A DNA stretch of 31,475 bases. It comes from Paraspadella gotoi. Its lineage: Eukaryota > Animalia > Chaetognatha. The first letter of the stretch is position 1; each line of letters starts with the position of its first letter. A program made the translations under genes and the position numbers. This document shows, piece after piece, positions 11,313 through 24,575 of this stretch. The notes beneath the pieces are model-generated. The model made no database searches, was not told where the DNA came from, and saw only the letters and a program-made list of their open reading frames with translations. The stretch spans positions 16,298,576 through 16,330,050 of the forward strand of contig CM119271.1 in assembly GCA_051294375.1 (NCBI GenBank), given 5' to 3'.

Positions 11313-11933
11313 GGTGGATTATTCACACTGCCTCACGTCGTCATCCTTCAGCCAAATCCATTGGCTTCAGAGGGAACACACCATCCCAAGCGTAGTGTTC
11401 CATCCACAGTCCTAACGACTTCCCTCTGCGTTGGCAAAGCCGAGACCGTCCTAGGGGTACCGCGCCAGGACTGGAGGCGTCACGGAGGGTCGGAAGCCCC
11501 CAAGCCAACAGTGAGATGCCCCATCCCAATGGGGCTCACAGGCAACCCGGCTGTTTGCCATAAGGGTGAGCTATATCGGAACACGCAACCTTAGTTTCTC
11601 AGGGTAACCCGCTTCTTACGGACAAAACCGGCCTATCCTGCCGATTCGGGTACGCTACGACATGCTATGCGTCCTGGGGTACGCTACGACAGAACCAGCC
11701 TATGCCACTTCGCTCTCTTTCTCTCCTCGCCACTATGGTAACAGTCTTGTCAGACAACCCGTCTCAGCTTGAGGAACCTGAGTGATGTCTTGGCCCGCGG
11801 ATCTGTGGGTGGTATATTCCACACTGCCTACAACGTCCCGTCATCTTCAGTTGCCAAATCCATTGGCTCAGAGGGGGAACACATGACCGGCGATCCCAGC
11901 GTAGTGTTCAATCCACAATGCCTAACGAACGAG
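11309..11933 (+). mobile_element. TRIM family B (LTR 11309-11562, internal region, LTR 11804 to gap)
   Basis: Direct repeats TGTGGTGGAT...TTGCCATA. The internal region starts with a degenerate PBS and ends in a degenerate PPT. Same insertion site as the 19336 copy. Confidence 0.8.
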
Positions 11934-11959
11934 NNNNNNNNNNNNNNNNNNNNNNNNNT

Positions 11960-14160
11960 TGATTGTGATCATCATCACCAAATATCTTCAAATCATTTGC
12001 TAAATTTTGGATATGAAGATTTTTTTCATAATTGAAGACTCATCTCGTTTAATCTCACTCAAACAGATTAACCCAATTCCATTCTTGGTCATCTTAGGAT
12101 TCAATGGTATTACACTTTGTAAAGATTGTAAATCCCAAAGGAATTAAATTAAATCTTGAAAAACTACAGTCACTAGTCCTGGATCCTAATCGTCTCAATT
12201 GGCCGGACATAAAAATTTTCAAAATTGGCGATTGTTGATCAACACTGAAGATCTTTGTATTGCCGCTGACGAGGAAGAAGGAAATCTCTCATTGACTGTT
12301 CGAGTCGCGCAGTCATCAATCAGATCAGGGCGCAGTTGAAAAACAACAGACAGGTGAAATCACTTCGATATTACAGTGAGAGAAGAAATAGAAAACGAGA
12401 AATTGTTATGTATATTTTTATATGTATTATATATATATATTTATGTACAATGGAAAGAGGGTTGTACTGGGACTTAGGGGTCTTTGGTGAAACGGCTGCA
12501 TGATCATGTGACTGCAAACAAAATAATACATATCATATTAAAGGTCTTATGGTTACGCTTCTTAACAAAATATAAACTTAATAGATAACAACATTAGTAC
12601 CGTAAGTTTAAGCATTTGGAAACATGGTACAGCCACCGAGCGAAAAGGTGAGTTATAGAGTTTCTCGCGACACAACTAAATAAATTTTAAAAATCAGATT
12701 CAGGTCAAATTCACTTTTCTCATGATGTCGACGGTAATATTTTACCAAAAGAAAAAAGCAAAATTAACTATGTAGTAAACAGTTTTTTTTTCATTTGAAT
12801 TCATTTCCACTTGGGACGATTCTATCAAACTTTTTTCCTGCTTAATCACACAGACACAAAATTTTCGGTTAATCACCTAACTTACTCATGAGTAATTGAT
12901 TGTTGCTTTTAAAGCTGAAGGGGACGTATGGATAATGAGACGACGTGATGTGACATTTGACAGCAGACGAGATGGAGGAGACATCTTTTATTTACATAAT
13001 TATCGACATGTACATTAAAATTGAGCCCTTTATTCGTTGCCCGACTGTAAATTCGAAAAGAAAACAAAAGTTTTGTTACACAACAATGATTTTTTTTTTG
13101 TTTGCAAAACACGGATTATGTGCCGCTTTGAGAAAAAAAATAAAAATCTCATTATAGTTTTAAAAACAATTGTTTTTTTTTTCTTTCGCAATCATCGTTA
13201 AGCTTCTATCTTATAATTCGATGTTCCTGACATTTTTATAGTGACTTCACTGACAAGATTTTGCAGTGGGACTGACGCACAGACAAAGTGAATTATTGAG
13301 CCAGAATCTGTTATACTTGCAAATCCGGCAGAAAATTTTAACTACCAAAGCACAAGAGCACCGAGGCAGTCCCTGAAAGTCCGCATGCTCTATTAGTATT
13401 AATTGAGTCAAGAAAAAAATAAATGAAATAAAACAAGAGAAACTCGAAAACGAAATCATACAACATAAAAGTAATATTATTATTAAAATATAATTTAAGT
13501 GAAACGAAATTTTTCGTGAAACAACAATTTAANNNNNNNNNNNNNNNNNNNNNNNNNTTATTATTATCATTTTATTATTGTTTTATTTGATTGATCATCC
13601 TATAATTATCGTTTGTTAGTTATGAAATGAATTTAGAGAATACACGAAAGATTTAATTATCTCGTATGTATAAAAAAAAATACTTTTCATTTTCCTATAA
13701 CTCGCGACAAGTTTGACTCTAGTTTACGAGTTCTCAGCATTGAAAATATTTTCACAACTTTTTATATTGGATTTAGGAGAGAGAGGGAGGGATTTAGGCG
13801 AGGCCGGAGATGTGAGTGACGGTTTTCGAACAAAGAGATAATTTGATAGTAAAGACAGGTGTAGATTGTTTTAGACAGGAGAAAGTGAGGGTTTAAGTGA
13901 AACCGAAATGTTTCGTAAACCACAATTTATTTTATTTTAGAAAAAAATGCTGAGGCGAATATGTCCAACTTTTATTAGTAAATAAAATTAATTGTCTGCT
14001 TATCCACGAAAAATTTCGTTTCACTTAATTCTATAAGACAACAAAAAGAAAGCGCATAAACAATGGTCTATAAAGATTGATTTGAACCAACTGTGGTTTT
14101 ACTTGACCGAATGATAATGTTTTGGTTTTATAGGATTTCTTCCTTCTCCGAGTTTTAACA
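11960..14160 (+). repeat. direct duplicate of ~8640-10480 (NACHT 3' end and downstream), beginning at an N gap
   Basis: Nearly identical apart from indels, for example ATTGAAGACTCATCTCGTTTAATCTC. Likely a haplotype or gap-fill redundancy. Confidence 0.8.
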
Positions 14161-14307
14161 AATACCAAGATATTAAACTCGTTATGTATTAGAATGAGAA
14201 TCTAACATAAGTTAATAACATTTTTTTCTTCCAAACCGCGCGGAGTAAACGAGCGGTTTTGCTGCATCAAAAAGATAATATTCGAAGATCCAAAATGTCT
14301 TTTTTTT

Positions 14308-14530
14308 GTCAACCTTCATCGCGGCCATTGTGGCCGGAGGGCAAGTCAATATACGCTTCACCAAAGTCGGTTTTAGCAGGTGGTCGCCTAGTCGTTAAGA
14401 GGGACGGGTGAGCTCTGACATTTGATCGCTTTAGTGAATACTCATAAGTATGTTAGCTGATCGAGCTAAGGGAACCGCTTGTATGAAACGGTTTCTGTCA
14501 TAACATACAATATTACTGTTCGTCTTCATA
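14308..14530 (+). mobile_element. degenerate solo LTR of family C
   Basis: GCGGCCATTGTGGCCGGAGGGCAAGTCA...GGTTTCTGTCATAAC...ATTACTGT matches the reverse complement of 27305-27541. Confidence 0.65.
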
Positions 14531-15289
14531 TAAAACAATTTGATATTGTCTAAATCTAAGAGGTATTTATACAATATTTATTCAGATTAAACAATTATAA
14601 AAAACGCTTATTGATTTTTTAATTTTTTATTGTCCCTATTTATTAAGTTGATCCACCACATGTATCCGTTCTTAATAATTATATAATTCCCTTTAGTTAA
14701 CGTCTTTATTTCTATTATGAGGTTGATATTCTTCTGTTCTTTGCTGATATACATTTTTTGATCGATGAATAGTTTTAGCTGAAAAGATATAAGAATTTTT
14801 GCAAAGTTCTGTGTTGACGTGGAGAATCAAGAGAACAGTTTTACTTATGTATACTAGTTGAAGAATTTGCGGGGTTTTCCGATTCGCTGTAAATATAAGA
14901 GTATTATGATGTTTTTTTTACATAGTATTACTTTTTGTGTTAACAACTACACACTCTAGCAGAAGAAAATCGACTTTCCTCAATGAAGAAAGTGGTTGCT
15001 CTCGTTATAGGTTCGATCAGATTTAAAATTTTCTCTTTTCTCTTTTTCTTCTATTTTATTAATTTTTCTCTTAGACGGTTAAGACGTAAACAAAATATAA
15101 TTTTAAAAACATGAAATTTTTATATTTTTTTTCGTCAACGTCCGTATTGAATATTTTTTGCTGTTTTCATACATCTTTTTAAAAAATGTTACTATGTGGA
15201 ATATAATTTTTTCTCAAAAACGTGCAATTTGAACAATGGACTTTATATTAAGGTTAATAGTTTGCTTTTATTTCTTTTCTCCTATTTAG

Positions 15290-17111
15290 ATCTCCCTGTT
15301 CTATCTCTGGTGTCCTTCTCTCTGTGCCAGTGACTCTGATCCCCAATTCCTCCGCCTCGAATCCCGAGGGCCTTCATTTCCGGCGCCATAGATTATCCCG
15401 TCGTGTGAACTCATCGAATGATCAGGATTCAGCGTCCTTTGGGCGGCATGCGTGAGAGGGCGGTCGCGCCTCCCGCCCGTAATTGATGTGGCGCTCATCT
15501 CCCTCAACACGTTGCGTCCAGATAGACCGAAGGGTGGCGACGTATCGCTCTCGAGCTAGTTCGGTCACGGTCGCGGGACTCGTCTTCCTCGGTTTTTGTA
15601 TTCTTGTTTTTCTTTGGTGGAGAGATTCGGGGAGAAGAGCAAATGAGAGTCTTCTCTATCACAAGGTGATGATTTTATCGATCAGATTACTTGTATTTAT
15701 ATTTTTATAGTGATTGTAAACCAAACTATCGTCAAGTAACTCTATTCACTAATTATACTTAGATCTATGTTTTTAATTTTAATTATATAATTTCCTGTAT
15801 ATCATAAGATTTAAAAAAAATAAAGCCTATACAGTATTTGTCCACTGAATTTAATTACAAATCGTTCTTGCATTAAATTAAAATTTTCACTAAGGTTTAA
15901 AAGATAATTTTAATATAATAGTTTGTCCCGACGTTTGAGGATGCGTATTCTTGTCGCAATAGGTTGCGCGCTACGTGGAGGGCTGTTTGTGCTCGTGGCA
16001 AGACGGAGACGACCTGTTTCTTCTTCGGCGGTCCTGCGTATACGAACCTCGGGCGTCGAACCATAAAGGCGGCGAAAGAGATCCGCACGGTTCACCAAAC
16101 CAACTTTCGTCCGCTTCTTCTCTCCGTCACTGAAGCGGATGGGCAGGACGTCGGACACGAAGGGACCAGAGCGTGCGGATAGGGGGCGGGATGCGGGCGG
16201 GTGAAGGCGAAGGGCTTACGTCTTGGCGGACTGGAGTACGTACAGGTGGGAATTTTAATGGATTCTGGGTTATTTGCAGTTTTTTAATGTCTTTCGGTTA
16301 TATTCTTGAAAATACTTTTTGTAATTAATTTTAAAAAATTATTAGCGATTATCATTAAGTATAGCTAATATTAGTTTGATATTAGGTGTATTTAAGTTGT
16401 ATTGAGTTTGATAGTTGTTGGACAGATATTTTTAAGTTTTAACCAAATTCAATTTTTGAAAGTCGGTTGGTTCGACGACTTTTGGTGCTTCGACATGAAG
16501 TCTTTTCTTGGACGGCAATCCTCGGTATCTTCAGCGGCGTAACGCCTTCGCCTCACGTGCGGCGGAGTTAGTGACGCCGGTCGTCAGGCGTAAGCTTTTC
16601 TCGTTCGTGCGGCGAAGATATATGGAGGATATCTTTGGCGAACAGGAGGCGGAGCATTTTGTGTAATTATAAATAATTATTATCGAAAATACTATGCTTT
16701 GCGAATACATATTTTTAATTTTTTACTCTCTATTAGATAATACAATTTATTTTATTTAATTTGATATGGTTTCTTTCTTGACATATATTACAATTTCTTA
16801 TCTCATTAAACATTCGTCATTGTTAAACGCTTAATTTAAGTTTAGTATTTGTGTTTGTCTTGAAGTCATTAAAATATTGGAAGTTAATATTATTTCTGTG
16901 CATTTCTTTGGATTAGAGGCGTAGCACTTGAGCTCTTTCGACCTGGGACGAGGGACTGGAGCCAAAGGAGACGTTCCGGGCAGGGAGGCAAAACCGGTCT
17001 TGGGCACGGTGCGGACGCTGCTGCGTGGTGGGTAAGCGTCTTCGTCAGTTTGGCTGGAAGTGCGAGGAGGAGGATCTTTGTCTCACGTTCATCGATTCGA
17101 GTTCCGACTAA
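15290..17111 (+). CDS. Kelch-repeat protein, plus copy, 4 recognisable exons (~15290-15665, 15922-16245, ~16463-16660, ~16918-17111), heavily indel-corrupted
   Basis: Reverse-complement match to 22798-24537. GC-rich exons with AG/GT borders. Fragments FFFGG, DDFWCFDMKS and YVLGG. Confidence 0.7.
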
Positions 17112-17829
17112 CTGCGATCACTAAAAGGCAGACCGGAATAATATGTTGTTGATAAGTATTAAACGAATTGAGTTTAAACGGAAAAAAGACATTTTGTATT
17201 TTAAATTGCGAAAAATGGTGTTTTTTTGGGATAAAGTATGTTCGAGCTATTAGCGGACGTTTATGATGATTGAATATAACTTTTTTGTATAATTGTTATT
17301 GTCAATTTTTGCAATGGTATGTTTTTTCAAATTAGAATTAAATAATGTAAATTTGTACGGTGAGCATACAATTTTTCTAGGTTATTTTTATGCTAGTTAG
17401 TGGCGCTGCCCCCCCGCCGGCTTGTGCTGATTTTATATCTTATATTCGGATTATGTTTAATAAGCTTTTTCTTTTCAATTTAAGTTTCGCCACAAATCCG
17501 CGGGTGGATCGCGTGGTGTTGTCTCGTCTTCCAATGTAGAATATTGTAGCTTCTGTGAACTTCATTTTCAACAGAAGTCAAGAAACTCGATGACGCATTA
17601 TTTATGAATCTCTTCTCTTTGAACTTTTGCATAATTTTCTAGTGTGAATTATGGACACATTATCGTTATTAGTGCTCTGATTTCGTTGTTATTATGAAAT
17701 GTTTATGCCCTTAGTTAAGCTAAGGCGAAAACTTGCATAATTGATTTGTTATGACTAACGATGTTCGCTTTTTAGCCTTATTTTGTGCGTTTCTGGTTTC
17801 TGTATTAATGAGATTATCTTAAAACTTCT

Positions 17830-18420
17830 CGTAAGTACCTCTAGTTGGTGATTGGTTGCGGATATAATACTATTTTGTATCGATTTGTTTTGTTGATTTA
17901 TTCCTGTGGATATATTCATGTGTTTTATTCTTAGGGGGTTGGATTTGATTAGCCGTTGTCCTCCTTTGTCTTATTGTTTGATTATGCCCAGTGTCCGGGT
18001 TCATTGTCTGTTCCCGATATGAGATATTTTTTTTGTAGTTTAAATTTTGTTGTGAAGTGATAGATTTTCATTGAGGGTTTAACCTCAGTTAGTGTTAAGG
18101 GTCTATAGTACATGTTTTGCTGTCCCATTATCCTTTTCTATTTATTATTATTGTCCGTCCAGAATACAAGTAGTGGTGTCGGCCGTGGTATTTAAACCGA
18201 TGATTTTTCAATTTAATAGTCAAATGGTTCTTTTTAGGCCGATTTCCGCGTTGGTTCGTTGGTTGATATCCAAGATGGGAATTGATTTTTCTTACGGTTT
18301 TACTCGTGTCTTATTGGATGTTGCTTTATTAAGGCCTTATATTCCCGATATTTTACGTTAGATGTGTCTCGATTTTTAATGGTTGACTAATGCTTGCTAT
18401 ATAGTATCCGAGTCTAAAAT
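17830..18420 (-). pseudogene. possible degraded APE-type endonuclease of a non-LTR retrotransposon
   Basis: Minus-strand peptide fragments fall in APE-like order (MYYRP; LISG..N..HW; KGGQRLI; NKSTKQID) but with many stops and frameshifts. Confidence 0.3.
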
Positions 18421-18963
18421 TGCAACTTACGTTTTTTCGGTATTTTAGAGTTTTTTATTGTTAGTAAGGATTAATTAATATCTAATAGTTTTTTTTTAGT
18501 TTGGTCTCTCGGTGTTGTGATTCTTTCTTAAATTGCTGCATTCTCCCCTCGTCTTGTGTTTTTTTCTGGGTGGTAGGATCTGCTTTTGTAATTAGACAAT
18601 ACTATCATTCTATCTTCTGTTTCTGCCCTGTCTGAACGATTTGAGATACAATAATAAAATCGGTGGCCAATTTTTTTTTTGGCTTTTTACTCTTATATAC
18701 AATGAAAAAAATGTAAGCAGCTACAACTTGTAGTACAAGGCGCCGTGGATGTTTTCAAAACACTTTGTCGTTTTTATTGTATTACATACAATAAAAGCTA
18801 TACTTGTTAATAATTTTCAATGGTCGTTTCTGAACATGACAGTGTTTTGTCTTATCTTCAATTGACCTGATTTTAATCTTTTCATCACTATCCAAATTAA
18901 TCCTATTTAATTTTTTTTTCAGGTAAGTGAAACAAAATTTTAGGAAGATTATAACGAATATGC

Positions 18964-20233
18964 TATAATGTGATATTCCTTTCGTTTCGTTGTGTTTTGG
19001 TGTTTTAGCGAAAAACAAAGTTAGAGTTTGTTACTAGCAACGATTTTTATTGTTAAATAAACAGTACATGTTTCGACTCTTGTTCGAGTCCTTCATCTAG
19101 TGTTTGGACACGACTTTCAAAAACTTTTGCAAAGTAAATGTGGAGAGAGAGAGAGGATGACGAGAGAGGATGGAGAGAGAGTTAAAGTTCCAAGCAAAGT
19201 GGGTGAGACAGAATAGTTGGTCAAAAGGGTGAGGACAGGTGAAGGCTTAAGGACACATTTTACTTTTTGCAAGGTGTTGTTTGATAGGTCTGTCAAACAC
19301 TGATGAAGGCTCGAGCAAGAGTTCGAACATGTCTGTGTTGGTGCGGTATATTCACACTTGCCTACGTCGTCATCCTTTCAGGCCCAAATATCCGATTGGC
19401 TCAGAGGCGGGCAACACACCTATCCCAAGCGTAGTGTTCCATCCACAGTGCCTAACGACGTTCCCTCTGCGGTTTGGCCAAAGCGAGGACCGTTCTAGGT
19501 TGGTAACCGCGGGCCAGTGAGCTGGCGTCACTGAGGTCGGAGCCCCCAGAAGCAACAGTGAGTATGCCCCATTCCAATCCGCCGGCATCCACAGGCAACC
19601 TCGGCTGTTGCCATAGGAGTGCGTTGAGCCCCTTACTATCGAACACTGCAACCTTCTCAGGGTACGCCTCGGACAGAACGCCTAGTGCCCTGCCGACTTC
19701 TGTTACGCTAGCGACAAGATGCCTATGCGCCCTGGGGTACGCTACGACAAACGCCGTATGCCCCCACAACTTGCGCTCGTCTGTGCTCGTCTCCCACTTA
19801 TTGTGTGGTACGGTCTTGTGCAGATCTACCTCTCAGGCTTTGAGGATAACGCTGGGAGTGATGTTCTTGGCCCGGGGGATCGTGTGGCGCGTGGGGTGAT
19901 ATGTGCACCACTGCCTTCACGTCCGTCATCCTTCAGCCAAATTCCATGCGCTCAGAGGGTGAACACAGCCATCCAGAGCGTAGTGTGTTTCCATCCACAA
20001 TGTCCTAACGACTTCCTCTGCGGTGTTTGGCAAAGCGGAGGACCGTCTAGGGTAACCGCGCCAGTGACTGGAGGCTGTCACTGAGGCGTCGGAAGCCCCC
20101 AAAGCCACAGTGAGATCCCCGCATCCCAGATGGGCATCACAGGCAACCGGCTTGTTTGCGCATATGTTTATCTTTAAATTAAAAAGATCGTGTGTGAGTA
20201 CAAACTTCTACAAGACGTGTGTTTTCGCTTTAA
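18964..20233. mobile_element. Penelope-like element remnant (inverted terminal repeats with hammerheads) with nested TRIM-B
   Basis: 11-bp direct repeat AACGAATATGC at 18953-18963 and 20234-20244; empty site in the paralog at ~27040-27070 (minus). Error-degraded hammerheads at ~19059-19105(-) and ~19295-19336(+). The inverted arm resumes at 20165. Confidence 0.7.
19336..20164 (+). mobile_element. TRIM family B, complete (LTR ~19336-19615, internal region, LTR 19883-20164)
   Basis: Two LTRs ending in ...CATA, PBS-like GTGCGTTGAGCCC, PPT CCCGGGGGATC. Host sequence resumes immediately after the element. Confidence 0.85.
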
Positions 20234-21778
20234 AACGAATATGCATTAAATTGTCAATAAACTGAGATATTTTTTACCTTTTTAACGCTTTTATGAGGCA
20301 TTCAAAAATCTTCAAAAATTAATGTAATTATCTGACAATATCGTTAATAAATTTTTTGATAAAAGTAAGTTTTAATAAAAATGAAACCATAACAGTAACT
20401 TACCTGGTTACTTTTAAATGTTTTTAACCAAAATACCATGAACACCTTGCCAGAAGCATTATTATACTATAAATAAGTACTTCCAAAAATATTTTTAACT
20501 GTTATGTATTAGAATGAGATTTAACAATAAGTATTAAAACATTTTTCTTCCAAACCGCGCGGAGAAAACCGAGCAGTTGCCTTTGCTGCATCAAAAAAAG
20601 CATAATATCAAAGAATTTCAAACTGTCTTTTTTAGTCCACCATTATGGTATTGAACGGTTCTGTCACTTTCACATAACAATAATTACTNNNNNNNNNNNN
20701 NNNNNNNNNNNNNNNNNNNNNNNNNNNNNNNNNNNNNNNNNNNNNNNNNNNNNNNNNNNNNNNNNNNNNNNNNNNNNNNNNNNNNNNNTTGGCCTTCGAT
20801 GAGAGCCATTTTCATTCATTTAAAATTCTAATCAATTCATTCTTTCTTTGCAGTGATTTTTAAAATATAATTATTCCATTAATTATAGTTATAATAATGT
20901 TTTATATTTTTATTAATATTATTTCATATTATTTTTGATAATATTAATAATAATATTATTATTTATTAATATTATTTTAATATTTTTTGTTATTGGTTAT
21001 TTCGATTTTCGTTCGCTAGTTTTTCCCTATTTATTAAAGCGCATATAATGGTAACTTAAACAAATGAATTATACAATTTATAAAAGTTTATTATATGTAA
21101 TGAGGAATTTAAGCAAGCAAGATAGTTATTTTTTTATTTTATTCATAAATCTCTATAAATGTTTTAATTCCCTTTTTCGGTAGGAAAAAGATGCATTTAA
21201 GCTCGAGTTCAAATTCTATTTTGTCTAAATTTTATTAGTATAAATACAATATAAACTATATATTTATAAAATATTTATGTAATATTTTTATTATTACAAT
21301 AATAAAACGTTTAAAATTGCGCGAATAAAGAGCGTTATCGTTATTTGTCAAATTTGACCGTAAGCTAATTTGCATAATTTAGCAGCCAGTTAAAAATCGA
21401 TCGGGATCTCTCATCTTGAGACTTTAAAATCGAATATAAGGTGTTTTAAATTAGATTATACATATGTGTGATCACTTGTGTAAACGTTTTTGAAAATCTG
21501 AATCCATCTTGATACACTACCAGAATCTGCTATAAGCAGAACCGTCTAAAGAGAATTCTATTTTGTGTAAATAATAAATTCATTCGTATTTTTAATCGCG
21601 CCTTGTATTTTTGGATCGCGGTATCAATTTTAAAATTAAGATATTGCCGAAAGATATGATTTTTTGAACATTTTTAGGCTATTAACAGTTGTATCTATTA
21701 GATCCTTAACTTACTAAGTTTGAGTTTGTTAGAGATTTCCCTTCAATGGAAATAATTTAGTTTGGGGATGAGCATTAA

Positions 21779-21830
21779 GGCGTAGTGAAAGTTACATACG
21801 AAAATTCTCACTTCTAACAAACAAAAATTT
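21779..21830 (+). mobile_element. left end of a second Kolobok-like MITE copy
   Basis: TTAAGGCGTAGTGAAAGTTACATACGAAAATTCT is identical to 2171-2204. No right end found. Confidence 0.7.
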
Positions 21831-22797
21831 GAAATTTACAAAAGTAAAATTATCTCAGTTATTTTTCGAATCATGATTAATGAACTAATCCTAGGACTAC
21901 TGTCTATCTACAATTAATGACTAAAGCGAGGACTACTGTCTATCATGATTAGACTAATGTCTATCATATCCTAACCTAAAATAAACGAGATGATTTTATA
22001 TAACAAAGGAATAAGTAAACCAAACAGATTGAGTTACAAAATAGTTATTTATTCCAACCATATCACAATTAGAGTTATTACGATGATAGTTTAATGATAA
22101 TTTTCATTATACAGAATACAGAAACTGTCACAAAAAAGGCTAAAGGAACATCGTTTTAGTCATAACAAATCAATTATTGCAAGTTGTTACTCTTTAGGCT
22201 TTAACTAAGGCGCATAAACATTTCATGAATAACAACGAAAATCAGAGTCACTAATAAAGATGAATGGTTTGTTCATATTCCTTAATTAAAAATTTAAGTC
22301 AACAAGTTCAAATAAATTAATTTCATAATTACATCGGTTCTTATCGAGTTTCTTGATTTTGTTGAAATGAGGTTAGAAGCAGATTCATTTGAGTTGACGA
22401 ACACGAGTTCCACCGATTTTGGGGAAACTTTAAATGATAAATAGGAAAACTTTTATTAAAATTATAGATCCGATATATTTAATATAATAATAATGCGCGG
22501 CACAGAACTAGCAATAAAAATCACTAGAAAAATGTTGTATTCACCGTACAAATTTTACATTATTTAATCTAATTTGACATGAAACACTTGGCTAAAAATT
22601 GACGAATTTAACATTTATGCAAAAAGTCCTAAATCATTTTATTCATCATTCGTAAACGTCGCGCTAATACTACTACATTTTTATCAAAAAAAACATTTTT
22701 TCAATTTTAATACAAATGGTGTCTTTTTTCGTTTAAACTAATTCGTTTTAATACTTTAACAAATATTTAATTCGTCTTGCCTTTTAGTGGATCGAGT

Positions 22798-24537
22798 TTA
22801 GTCCGAGACTCGAATCTTGATGACGTGAGAAGAGAGTCTCTCTCCTCGCCATCCGCCAACGACGAAGACGCTTCCACCCACGAGCGCCGCTCCGTGCTCC
22901 AAGATCCTGGTTTCGCCTTCCTGCGCCGGAAGTTTGTCCCTTCGGCTCCACTCCTTCGTCTCCAGGTCGAAGAGCCAAGTGTCGCCCTTTGCTAATCAAG
23001 AGAATGCACGAAATAATATTAACTTCCAATATTTTAATACATCAAGACAAACAAAATACTAAACTTAAATTAAGCCGTAACGGCGAATTTTTAATGAGAT
23101 TAAAATTTAAATATATGTCACGAGAAACCATTAAAAAAAATAAATAAAATAAATCTGTATTTATCTAATTAAATAAAAATTAAAAAATATTTATGTACTC
23201 AAAGCATAGTATTTTCGATAATAAATTATTTAGTAATACTACAAATGCTCCCGCCTCCTTTTCGCCAAAGTCAATACCTCCAAATAATCCTCTGCCGCCG
23301 CCGACGAGAAAGAGTTGACGCTGACTGACGGACGGTCAGACTCACGCTTCCAGCCGAAGCGAAGGCTTTCGCCGCTGAAGATGACGAGGATTTTCGTCAG
23401 GAAGAAGACTTCATGTCGAAGCACAAAGGTCGTCGCAGCAACCTCTTTAAAGAATTGAATTTTTGTTAAAACTTAAAAATTTCTCGTTCAAAACTATCAA
23501 ACTCTAATTTCAACTTAATATAACCTAATCTTAAACAAATATTAGCTATTACTTAATGATAATCGCTAATAATTTTTTAAAATAATTACAAAAAAATTTT
23601 AAGATATAACCTAAAAACATTTTAAAAAACTGAAATTAACCTCGAATCCATTAAATCATCCCACCCTGCCGAATCCGCCCAAGACGTAAGCGCCTTCGCC
23701 TTCACCGCCGCGCATCCCGCCTCCGATCTCGGCTTGGTCTTGGTCCTTCGTGTCGACGTCCGCCCATCGCTTCGTCGACGGAGAGAAGCGACGAGTTGGT
23801 TGGTGGGACCGTCGTCGAGTCTCTTTGCGCCTTTGAGGTTCGACGCCGACGGTTTCGTCATCTCGACGCCGAAGAAGGAAACAGTCTCTCCCGTCTGTCC
23901 ACGAGCACATCCCACGCTTCCACTCGGCGTCAGCCCTTTGCACAAGAGTCGCTTCCAATCGGGACAAACTATTTAATATTTAAATTAATTTAAACCTTAA
24001 GTGAAATTTTTTTTAATGCAGAAACGTATTTAATTAAATTAGTTGAAAATACTTTTAGGCTTATTTTTTTTAAAATTCTATGGTATAAAGGAAATTATTT
24101 AATTAAAATTAAAAAATATCTGTTAAGTTTTACTTGATATTTTTGGTTTAATTCCTAAATTAAATAAAATCTTGAATCGTAATAAATCCTCACCTTTGAT
24201 AAGAGTAGATCTCATTTCTTTCGTCTCTCTCATCTTCTCCACCAAAGAAAAAAATAAACGAGGACGACGAGTCCCGCCGCGCCCGCCAGCGGCGGAACGT
24301 CGCCCTCGGTCTCATCTTTGGACCAAGTGTTTGAGGGAGATGGAGTCGCCACAACTAATTCGCGGGCGGAAGGGGGCGAACGTCTTCTCCCCTTCCGCTC
24401 AAGACGTGAATCTGATCATCGAGGTTCACCACGACGGAATATCTGGCGCCGGGAAATGAGGCCTCGGGTTCGAGGCGGAGGAATTGGGGATCAGAGTCAC
24501 GGGCAGAGGAGAAGGGACAGAGATAGAGACAGGGAAT
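22798..24537 (-). CDS. Kelch-repeat (KLHDC/HCF-like beta-propeller) protein; exons 24537-24194, 23968-23665, ~23445-23243, 22991-22798; upstream exons unresolved
   Basis: The last exon is clean: KGDTWLFDLETKEWSRRDKLPAQEGETRILEHGAALVGGSVFVVGGWRGERLSSHVIKIRVSD*. After indel correction the others give FSPSTKRWADVDTK, PRSEAGCAAV..AYVLGGFG, LFLVGGG and FFGGEDERDERNEIYSY. Splice sites are canonical. Confidence 0.85.
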
Positions 24538-24575
24538 CTAAAGAGAAAAGCAAATGAAAAGAAAACTTATTAAAC

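Noticed and set aside
11310-11350. HDV-like ribozyme at GCCTCACGTCGTC in LTR-B
   Set aside because: No consistent P1/P2/P3 pairing found.
11960-14160. An additional independent NACHT gene copy
   Set aside because: It starts at an N gap, differs from 8640-10480 mostly by indels and interrupts a transposon, so it is probably assembly redundancy.
19281-20108. Short ORFs over GC-rich repeats (also 11220-12035, 24842-25643, 27529-28483)
   Set aside because: Frames are not conserved between repeat copies; these are non-coding TRIM sequences.
22777-24557. Plus-strand ORFs listed over the GC-rich islands
   Set aside because: They are antisense or off-frame shadows of the minus-strand Kelch exons.
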